A stretch of DNA of 64,000 nucleotides, taken from Betaproteobacteria bacterium. Its GTDB lineage: Bacteria > Pseudomonadota > Gammaproteobacteria > Burkholderiales > Casimicrobiaceae. The stretch spans positions 1 through 64,000 of the forward strand of contig JAAFJA010000007.1 of the NCBI GenBank assembly GCA_013298765.1, given 5' to 3'. A program made the position numbers and the translations under genes. Numbering within the stretch: the stretch's first letter is position 1; each line of letters begins with the position of its first letter. The notes under the pieces are model-generated. The model ran no database searches. It saw nothing but the letters and a program-made list of their open reading frames with translations, and was not told the DNA's origin. Positions 7,938-15,181 of this stretch are shown in pieces.

Positions 7938-8474
7938 ATGAACGACTACGACTACATCATCAACAGCTTACAAAACGAGTCGATCACCGAATGGGAAGAG
8001 TTGGCGTTGATTGTTGACGATTTCCCCGGTGGGGTCGATTGGTGGTTGGGGCGACGTTGGATCATCAATGCAATTGATTTGTCCCCGTTGAGCGCAATCG
8101 AATGGATGCTCACGAAAGGGATAAACCTTCGATTCCGTGACGGCGAAGGCTATACGCCGTTACATTCAGCGGTAGAGCGTAGATTCGATGATCGCGTTCA
8201 AGTGATAAGTGCATTAGTGGGAGCGGGTGCAAATGTCGACGAGATTGGTCGTGAAACGACTACCCCTCTCTTATTCGCGCTCGAAATGAAGCGAAACGAG
8301 TGCGCACTTGCACTTTTGCAACTCGGCGCAAACGTCCACGTTCAAACACTGATCGATTGGTATGAATCCCCGCTCGAGTACGCGCAGCGCACGAAACATG
8401 AGCTGTTGCCTCAACTTGAAAATGCCGCTGCGCGAAAAACTCGCGAATTCGGGGCCAAAGTGAAAACAGCATGA
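7938..8474 (+). CDS. ankyrin-repeat protein
   Basis: 178 aa with three ANK-like units (GYTPLHSAVERRFDDRVQVISALVGAGANVDE; TTPLLFALEMKRNECALALLQLGANVHV). GC is about 50%, below the window background. Its stop overlaps the rtcB start (ATGA). Confidence 0.8.
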   Translation: MNDYDYIINSLQNESITEWEELALIVDDFPGGVDWWLGRRWIINAIDLSPLSAIEWMLTKGINLRFRDGEGYTPLHSAVERRFDDRVQVISALVGAGANVDEIGRETTTPLLFALEMKRNECALALLQLGANVHVQTLIDWYESPLEYAQRTKHELLPQLENAAARKTREFGAKVKTA

Positions 8475-9688
8475 AAAACTACAACGAAATCCAAACCGAA
8501 AACGTCCCGATCAAAATGTGGACGAAGGGCGTGCCTGTTGAGGACGACGCTCAGAAGCAATTGCTCAACGCTTCGAAGTTGCCGATTGTGTTTAAGCACA
8601 TCGCTGCGATGCCGGACGTGCATTTGGGGATTGGTGCGACTGTGGGCTCGGTGATTCCTACGCTGCGGGCGATCATTCCGGCGGCCGTCGGCGTGGACAT
8701 CGGTTGCGGGATGATTGCTTGCAAGACGACGTTAACCGCGAGCGACTTGCCGGATAACTTGTTGCCGCTTCGTAGCGCGATTGAGCGCTCGGTGCCGCAC
8801 GGGCGCGTGGCGATGCGCGGGAAGCGAGACACCGGCGCGTGGGACAGCCCGCCCGAGGAAGCGGATGCTGCGTGGGCGAAACTTGCATCGGGTTTTGATG
8901 AGATCACCGAGGTTGAGCCGCGCTTGAAAAACACGAACAACCGAAAGCATTTGGGAACGCTTGGAACGGGTAACCATTTCATCGAAATTTGTCTCGATGA
9001 GAAGCAGGCGGTTTGGATCATGCTGCATTCGGGTTCGCGCGGCGTGGGTAACGCGATCGGAACGCTCTACATTGAGCGCGCTCGCGAAGAAGCGATCAAG
9101 CACAACATGAATTTGCCTGACAAAGATTTGGCGTATTTCGAAGAAGGCTCGAAGTATTTCGGCGACTACGTGCGCGGCGTGAGCTGGGCGCAGCAATTCG
9201 CGAAACTAAATCGCGAAGTGATGATGCAGCGCGTGATTGCGGCGATGAAAACCGTGATCGCGAAGCCGTTTGAGACGCATCTGGAAGCGGTGAACTGTCA
9301 TCACAACTATGTGCAACGCGAAACGCATTTCGGCGAAGCCGTGTTCGTGACGCGCAAGGGCGCGGTGAGCGCAAAGGCGGGTGAACTCGGCATCATCCCG
9401 GGTTCGATGGGCGCGAAGAGCTACATCGTGCGCGGAAAAGGCAATCCGGAAAGCTTCATGTCATGCAGCCACGGCGCAGGCCGCACGATGAGTCGCACGC
9501 AAGCGAAAAAGCGCTTCACGCTCGCCGATCACATCAAAGCGACCGAAGGCGTGGAATGCCGAAAAGACGAGGATGTGATCGACGAGATTCCGATGGCGTA
9601 CAAAGACATCGACGCGGTGATGGAAGCGCAGCGGGATTTGGTGGATGTGGTTTATACGTTGAAGCAGGTGGTTTGTGTGAAGGGGTGA
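8471..9688 (+). CDS. rtcB: RNA-splicing ligase RtcB (3'-phosphate/5'-OH RNA ligase)
   Basis: 405 aa. The N-terminus ...PIKMWTKGVPVEDDAQKQLLNASKLPIVFKHIAAMPDVHLGIGATVGSVIPT is near-identical to the E. coli RtcB N-terminus. The metal-ligand and catalytic His regions (GTGNHFIE, SCSHGAGR) are conserved. Confidence 0.95.
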   Translation: MKNYNEIQTENVPIKMWTKGVPVEDDAQKQLLNASKLPIVFKHIAAMPDVHLGIGATVGSVIPTLRAIIPAAVGVDIGCGMIACKTTLTASDLPDNLLPLRSAIERSVPHGRVAMRGKRDTGAWDSPPEEADAAWAKLASGFDEITEVEPRLKNTNNRKHLGTLGTGNHFIEICLDEKQAVWIMLHSGSRGVGNAIGTLYIERAREEAIKHNMNLPDKDLAYFEEGSKYFGDYVRGVSWAQQFAKLNREVMMQRVIAAMKTVIAKPFETHLEAVNCHHNYVQRETHFGEAVFVTRKGAVSAKAGELGIIPGSMGAKSYIVRGKGNPESFMSCSHGAGRTMSRTQAKKRFTLADHIKATEGVECRKDEDVIDEIPMAYKDIDAVMEAQRDLVDVVYTLKQVVCVKG

Positions 9689-9691
9689 GGG

Positions 9692-10417
9692 ATGCAAGTA
9701 GATATCAATGCGCGCTATACGGACTTAGTGGTTCGCTCGGAGCGGACGTGGCAGGAAGCATTGCTATTGTTTGACCGACTGAATCGAAATAGAGAAGTAC
9801 TGAGCAGAATCGAGGAAGATGAACTAAGGAGTAATCCACCTCCTATTCATTTCATGCGAAAGCGAAAAAGCGAGTGGCGCGACGAAGCTATCGCGGCAAA
9901 CGCGGAGAGGCTACTTGAGATTGCATCGCGAACCGCATTGGTTTTCGGGCACTCCGCGTTGGACGCAGCACTAAACGATTTTCTGTGTTTTTGTGCGACC
10001 CTCGACGGCAGCGCTTTCGATTTTCATGTTCAGGAGCGAAAATTGCCCGCGAAGGAATTTCTTTCTAAGAGTGGTTCAGAACTCAGAGCAGCGCTTATTG
10101 ACCGATTCCTGAAAGAATCCTCAAGAGAACCAATTTTGAAAAGAATTTCGATACTTTTGTCGATTTGCAAGCCAACGGCTCAGCATTTCAGCGATGTTGT
10201 CTACCCAGAGTTTGTCTACGAGCAATCGCGAGTGGAGCAAATCGACCATTTGCGGCATCAGGTGATTCACCGAGGCGCGATACCAAGCATTAACTACGAT
10301 GACACGCTTTATCTTTACATGATCACACGCTTGGTCTATCGCGTAGTTACCTCGCTGCGCCCGGTCACATTCGATTTAGATCTTGCGATAAGAACCTCCA
10401 CTAACCTGAAGAGCTAG
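9692..10417 (+). CDS. hypothetical protein, low-GC, occupying the position where RtcA is normally found; possible HEPN-like Rx4H motif
   Basis: 241-aa ORF. Its start lies 4 nt after the rtcB stop, with no intervening intergenic region. GC is about 42-48%. No recognisable RtcA motifs are present. The C-terminal region has LRHQVIHRG, an R-x4-H pattern. It is predicted alpha-helical. Confidence 0.55.
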   Translation: MQVDINARYTDLVVRSERTWQEALLLFDRLNRNREVLSRIEEDELRSNPPPIHFMRKRKSEWRDEAIAANAERLLEIASRTALVFGHSALDAALNDFLCFCATLDGSAFDFHVQERKLPAKEFLSKSGSELRAALIDRFLKESSREPILKRISILLSICKPTAQHFSDVVYPEFVYEQSRVEQIDHLRHQVIHRGAIPSINYDDTLYLYMITRLVYRVVTSLRPVTFDLDLAIRTSTNLKS

Positions 10418-10582
10418 AGCATCGGAATTTCGTTTCGGTCGTAGCTAGGATGAAGCGCAACGGAATCGAGGCATTTCATTCGCAACCCCTCGATTGCGCT
10501 TCGTTTCATCGAGGCTGCGAATCGTGGATCGCTTCGCGATGCGTTACGGGAACCCGGATGCGAGCATCCGGGCTACGTCCTT

Positions 10583-10693
10583 CGTTTTCGGTAGGGTGCG
10601 ATCCTATCGCACCTTGTGCGCATACGCGCGAAGCGCACTACTTCAATCCGCGTTGGTCGGTATCAAACTGGGTGCGATAGGATCGCACCCTAC
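10583..10693. mobile_element. MITE-like element of about 115 bp (copy 1) with terminal hairpin/inverted repeats TAGGGTGCGATCCTATCGCACC ... GGTGCGATAGGATCGCACCCTA
   Basis: Terminal 23-nt inverted repeats lie at 10583-10606 and 10669-10693. The internal core (cttcaatccgcgttggtcggtatcaaa) is about 80% identical to the reverse complement of the core of the second copy at 55157-55255. Confidence 0.65.
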
Positions 10694-10712
10694 GATTCGT
10701 CACAAAATTGCA

Positions 10713-11063
10713 TCACGGTTTCCCGTACGCGCGCTCGACCTTGGCGATTCGTAATTCGAAGTGTTCATACCAACGCTCTTGCCCATACTGCTGCGCGACT
10801 AGGTGTTCGGCGTTGGCTTTCCATTTGACGATTGCGGCTTCGTCGCGCCAATACGAGACGGTGATGCCGAAGCCGTCGGCGCCGCGTGCGGATTCGATGC
10901 CGAGGTAGCCGTCTTGTTGGGCGGCAAGTTCGACCATGCGGTCTGCCATGTCGCCGTAGCCGTCGGACGCCCCGTGTCCGTCGTTGTCCGCACCGGGGGT
11001 TCGAAAGCTGGAGAAGATCACGGCGAAGTAGGGCGGTTGAGGAAGCGTTGCGAAGTTCGTCAT
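10713..11063 (-). CDS. antibiotic-biosynthesis-monooxygenase (ABM)-like / stress-responsive alpha-beta barrel protein
   Basis: 116-aa ORF with the motif SYWRDEAAIVKWKANAEHLVAQQYGQERWYEHFELRIAKV, typical of the ABM/Dabb fold. Confidence 0.55.
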   Translation of the reverse strand: MTNFATLPQPPYFAVIFSSFRTPGADNDGHGASDGYGDMADRMVELAAQQDGYLGIESARGADGFGITVSYWRDEAAIVKWKANAEHLVAQQYGQERWYEHFELRIAKVERAYGKP

Positions 11064-11177
11064 TCTTGTATCGTGAGGCGTTCAAGGCTCGGCTCGAAAT
11101 CGTAGCGCAACCGAAGCATTTGGCAGATGCGCTTTCAGCATCGATGTTGTTGAGCGAGTTATCCAATAATTGCTGTT

Positions 11178-11951
11178 ATGCGCATTCTCATCACCGGACT
11201 CAACGGCTCGTTAGCGCCGCATCTTGCGCGGGTTGCACGTGCGCACGCGCACGAGGTGATCGGTTGGGATCGCGGTGCGGTTTCTCCGGATGATGCAGCG
11301 GCGGGCGATACGTTCCTTCACAACACGCAACCCGATGCCATTGCGCATTTGGGCTTTGGGAGTGAGGATTGGGCCGCGCGGCTTGCGAGTTGGGCAGCGG
11401 CGAATGATCGAGCGTTTGTGTTCACGAGTACGGCAATGGTGTTCGATCATCTACCCGATGGCCCGCATCGAGTGAACGATGAGCGCACGGCGAAAGACGA
11501 TTACGGTCGCTACAAAATTCGTTGCGAAGACGCGATCCGCGCGGCGAATCCTGCTGCGTGCATCGCGCGGATTGGTTGGCAGATTGATGTTGACGACGAC
11601 GGCCACGCGCGGGGTAACAATATGCTTGCGGCGCTCGATCAACAGCAAGCCAGTGATGGACGGATTCGCGCGAGCACTGCGTGGCGGCCCGCGTGTTCGT
11701 TGATGAGCGATACGGCGTTGGCTTTGCTTCAGTTGATCGAGCAGCGCGGCGAAGGTGTCGTGCATCTCGATAGCAATGAAGACTCAGCGCTCAATTTTTA
11801 TGAGTTGGTTGCGTCACTCAAAGTGCGGTTCGCTAGAGCGTCGTGGATCATCGAGCCGCATGCGGAGTATGTTCACGATCAGCGGCTGATTGCTTCCGAG
11901 TGCAGCGCGGTGCGTATCGCGCCGCTTTCAGCACGGTTCGGTAGCCAATAA
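11178..11951 (+). CDS. NAD(P)-dependent sugar-nucleotide epimerase/reductase (short-chain dehydrogenase/reductase (SDR) family; RmlD-substrate-binding-like)
   Basis: 257 aa. It has an N-terminal Rossmann motif (MRILITGLNGSLAPHL) and the Y-x3-K pattern (DDYGRYKIRCE). Confidence 0.65.
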   Translation: MRILITGLNGSLAPHLARVARAHAHEVIGWDRGAVSPDDAAAGDTFLHNTQPDAIAHLGFGSEDWAARLASWAAANDRAFVFTSTAMVFDHLPDGPHRVNDERTAKDDYGRYKIRCEDAIRAANPAACIARIGWQIDVDDDGHARGNNMLAALDQQQASDGRIRASTAWRPACSLMSDTALALLQLIEQRGEGVVHLDSNEDSALNFYELVASLKVRFARASWIIEPHAEYVHDQRLIASECSAVRIAPLSARFGSQ

Positions 11952-12075
11952 TTGCAATGCAACTTAAATCGCTATAACCAGGCTTAAACAGGGCGAAAAT
12001 CAATAAATCAAGTTTATCAATGCTTAGGTTTTTAGACCGCTAGCCCCGCTAGAAAAAGGATTACGCTTGAAAAGC

Positions 12076-12579
12076 TTACTCTGTTTCAACAAGCTGTAAC
12101 GCCATGTAGAGCACGTCTGGCTCGGGGTTGTGCACATACGCTTCCGCCTCTTCAAAGCCGAGCGAACGGTAGAGCGAAATCGCGGCCGGCATCCGCGTAC
12201 GCAGTGTGTCGAGTTTCATCGTGCGATAGCCTGCAGCGCGCGCGAAGTCGATAGAGGTTTGCGCAAGAGCGCGTCCCACCCCCATGCCCTTCGCGGCGTC
12301 TTCCACCCAGAGGCGTTTCATCTCGCATTCCGCGTCGTTTAAGGGCTTTACTGCGATGCAGCCGAGCGGTTCTTGATCGCTTGTTCGTCGCGCGATCCAC
12401 AAATTTCCACGAGGCTTCACATACGCGCCCGGGAGCGCGGCAAGCTCAGCTTCGAAGTTCTGAAAACATAAATCGATTTGTGTCCATGTTTGATAGCGAC
12501 GCATCAAACCGCGCAGTGCATCCAAGTCTGCGGCCTGCGCTTCAAGAAGCGTGAAGGTGGTGCGATTTTCGACTGTCAT
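12076..12579 (-). CDS. GNAT family N-acetyltransferase
   Basis: 167 aa. It contains the acetyl-CoA binding motif region (RLWVEDAAKGMGVGRALAQTSIDFARAAGYRTMKLDT). Confidence 0.85.
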   Translation of the reverse strand: MTVENRTTFTLLEAQAADLDALRGLMRRYQTWTQIDLCFQNFEAELAALPGAYVKPRGNLWIARRTSDQEPLGCIAVKPLNDAECEMKRLWVEDAAKGMGVGRALAQTSIDFARAAGYRTMKLDTLRTRMPAAISLYRSLGFEEAEAYVHNPEPDVLYMALQLVETE

Positions 12580-12635
12580 AGTTGTCTAAATCTTCGCGAT
12601 TGCATCAAGGAGGCAGGCGCGTGTTTCGCGCATGT

Positions 12636-13295
12636 TCATCGGTTTTCAGGGCACGCACCGCTCGCCACATTACTGCTGGGGATACGTACTTTGAATTCTT
12701 CGAGCTTCTGCATCACGCTTTGCGGCGGCTCACGCAGCACGATTGAAGCGCCAGCGACGGTTTGTTGCCGCTGCCGATACACGGCCGTTTTCACACCTTT
12801 GTTGCGCACTTCTTCAAATCGGCTGTCTGCGGCGTTACGACTGCGAAACACGCCAAGCGAAATCGACCATTGCCACTGCCCGGCTTCGCTTACGATTGCG
12901 GCGTCGCTCACATTGAGTCGACCTAGCTCTGCAAGCGCGCGCTCGGCTGCCGCTTTGTTGGCTTTGGGCGGAATGTAGACCCAGTGCTCAGCGGTGATCT
13001 CCACTTTACGCGTCGACACGGTTTTTCCGAGTGCGAGCGGCTCAAGAAGGGCGCGCGCTTGGGTGAGCTCGGCATCATTAAAGGGCCCCCATTCCGCGCA
13101 TGCGAGTGTGAGCTGCGCCGCTTTTGCGGGGCCGAGCTTGGCGTACTGTTGCGCGCTTAGTACGCGCACGCTCTCCGGATTCATCGGCTTTAAGCGTTCG
13201 TTGTCGGGCGAGGCATTGGCGGCGAATTCGCGGTAATAGCCATAGCCAAACACCGCGAGGTTGGCGAAGAGCAGCACGAAGATCCAGCGTTTCAT
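12636..13295 (-). CDS. SPOR-domain protein (septal peptidoglycan-binding)
   Basis: 219 aa with an N-terminal signal/TM segment and a C-terminal SPOR-like region (QWQWSISLGVFRSRNAADSRFEEVRNKGVKTAVY). It sits at the conserved position downstream of coaX. Confidence 0.75.
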   Translation of the reverse strand: MKRWIFVLLFANLAVFGYGYYREFAANASPDNERLKPMNPESVRVLSAQQYAKLGPAKAAQLTLACAEWGPFNDAELTQARALLEPLALGKTVSTRKVEITAEHWVYIPPKANKAAAERALAELGRLNVSDAAIVSEAGQWQWSISLGVFRSRNAADSRFEEVRNKGVKTAVYRQRQQTVAGASIVLREPPQSVMQKLEEFKVRIPSSNVASGACPENR

Positions 13296-14038
13296 CGCGC
13301 AGCCTCCAGCGCAACCAAACGCACGCCTTCGAGCGCTAAGGTGTCGATCACCGTAGCATCCGCGCGCAAATGCGGCAGCAGTCGATACGCGCTGCCGCCA
13401 GTGAGTACCACTTTGGGCTCACGGAAATGCCCACGCTCATGCAACACCTTCGCCAATCGAGCATGACTCGCTTGAATTGCGCCCACCATGGCATCGATGG
13501 CGCCAGTCGCAAGTGCATCTCGTGTGTTTCTTGGCTGACTGGTCCAATCTCCAGCGTCCACCGATAGCGCGGCGGTGTTCCCAGCGAGTCCACCTAACAT
13601 CGCGTGATACCCGGCGACGATCGCGCCCCCCAAGAATCGGCCAGTCTCGTCGAGCTGATCGATGGTGAGGGCGGTTCCGGCGCTGACCACGAGGCAGGGC
13701 CCGAGTTTTCGCTGCCAGGACGCGACGAGCGCAGCCCAGCGATCTGTGCCAAGACGCGCTGGCTCGTCATAGCTATTCACCACGCCGCCGCAGCTCGCTT
13801 TGGATTCAATCCATTCGACCGTGTGGCCGAGCGAAGCGAGTTGCTCTTCGATCTTTCGGCGGGTGACCGCATTAGCGACGTGGCTCCCCGCAATTCGAGT
13901 TGGCTTGAGCTTCTCGACGCCGGCGCGCTCAAGAAATTGATCGAGTTCGGCGATAAACATCGCGCCGCGACTCACGATCATGTCATGTTCAAAGGCGGCC
14001 CATTTGAGGCGTGTGTTGCCGATATCGAGTGCGAGCAT
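13292..14038 (-). CDS. coaX: type III pantothenate kinase
   Basis: 248 aa. It has the MLALDIGNTRLKWA N-terminal motif and the LVVSAGTALTID ASKHA-fold motifs. It overlaps the downstream SPOR gene by 4 nt. Confidence 0.9.
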   Translation of the reverse strand: MLALDIGNTRLKWAAFEHDMIVSRGAMFIAELDQFLERAGVEKLKPTRIAGSHVANAVTRRKIEEQLASLGHTVEWIESKASCGGVVNSYDEPARLGTDRWAALVASWQRKLGPCLVVSAGTALTIDQLDETGRFLGGAIVAGYHAMLGGLAGNTAALSVDAGDWTSQPRNTRDALATGAIDAMVGAIQASHARLAKVLHERGHFREPKVVLTGGSAYRLLPHLRADATVIDTLALEGVRLVALEAAR

Positions 14039-14058
14039 GCGGGCGAAGAATGAGTCAA

Positions 14059-14835
14059 TCAGGCCGGGCGCAACGAAATCGCGCCCGAGTGAAGTGTATG
14101 CAATGCGCGCCCATCGTCGATGACAAGCGCGCCGCCTTCGTCAAGCGCTGCAATCCGGCCCACGTAGGATTGCCCGCTGGCTTCGCCGCGCTCGAATACG
14201 CGCACGGGTGTGTTGGCATAGGCACGACGCGACCACCATTCCTCTCGAAACACGCCAAAACCGTAATGCTCAAATCGATCTAGCGTGAGCGATAACTCAC
14301 TTAACAATGAGCTGCGTAGCGCGTTGCAGATAATGGCGGCACCGTCCGCATGTCGCGGGAGAACAGTGCTCACGAGCGCTGCGGGCGGCAACGCACCCGT
14401 CTCGAAAGACGCCGCGTTGGACGGATGCGGCGCGCGCACGTTAACGCCGACGCCGATCACGGCGCTGCGACCACCGCCTTCGTGAGGTAGGGTTTCAACC
14501 AATACCCCCGCGAGCTTGGCGCGATCTTCGAGCAGAACATCGTTAGGCCACTTGAGCGTGATGCGATCCGGAGAGAAATTTGTCACCGAGCGCGCCACTG
14601 CGAGGCCCACGGCAAGGCTGAGGCCATCGAGGCGTCGCGACGGTGAAAAAGTCCAACCGACGCTCAACAAAACCGCGTCGCCCGCCTCGGCATACCAGCG
14701 CCGTCCGCGCTGGCCGCGACCCACGGTTTGCACATCTGCCGAGACTGCACGCTGATGAATTGGGCTCTGGGCAGCGCGGCGAAGCAATTCCGAGTTGGTG
14801 GAATCGATGCTGCTGACGTGTTCAAGAACAAACAT
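14059..14835 (-). CDS. birA: biotin--[acetyl-CoA-carboxylase] ligase, class I (no HTH)
   Basis: 258 aa with the GRGRRGRRW biotin-binding loop motif (QTVGRGQRGRRWYAEAGDAVLLSV). It is syntenic with coaX. Confidence 0.9.
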   Translation of the reverse strand: MFVLEHVSSIDSTNSELLRRAAQSPIHQRAVSADVQTVGRGQRGRRWYAEAGDAVLLSVGWTFSPSRRLDGLSLAVGLAVARSVTNFSPDRITLKWPNDVLLEDRAKLAGVLVETLPHEGGGRSAVIGVGVNVRAPHPSNAASFETGALPPAALVSTVLPRHADGAAIICNALRSSLLSELSLTLDRFEHYGFGVFREEWWSRRAYANTPVRVFERGEASGQSYVGRIAALDEGGALVIDDGRALHTLHSGAISLRPA

Positions 14836-15181
14836 GGGTGGGTGTACGCGTGCGTACAGAGATAAATTATTATTTCGCGGAAACGCTTATTCTATTGGGC
14901 CTAAGGCGCGATTAATCTGATTAACGAAAATCAACAAAGTTGTTTCTAGCCGATGACTATTGGGGGGTAACTACCCAAAGCTGTCGTTCAGAAAGGTCCA
15001 ATAAATGGGAAACCCTAGTGCCTTAACTCTTGTATAGGACTTAGACTAAAACATTACCGACCGCGTGGTCGGTTTTGTTTCGTTTTGCGGCTCGGTCTAC
15101 CGTCAAACCAAACAAGCCAGTGATCGTAGCGCAGCGTGGAACCTGGTTTTTCGCCGCGGCTGAGTTCGATGAATAAGGAGG

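Noticed and set aside
9692-10417. Possibility that this ORF is RtcA (RNA 3'-terminal phosphate cyclase)
   Set aside because: RtcA is about 340 aa with a conserved His-containing active site and the EPT fold. This ORF is 241 aa and lacks recognisable RtcA motifs, so it was kept as hypothetical.
14840-15180. AT-rich 340-bp intergenic region between birA and the acyl-CoA synthetase operon as a possible sRNA or riboswitch
   Set aside because: There is no recognisable riboswitch consensus or terminator structure. It is most simply a divergent promoter region.
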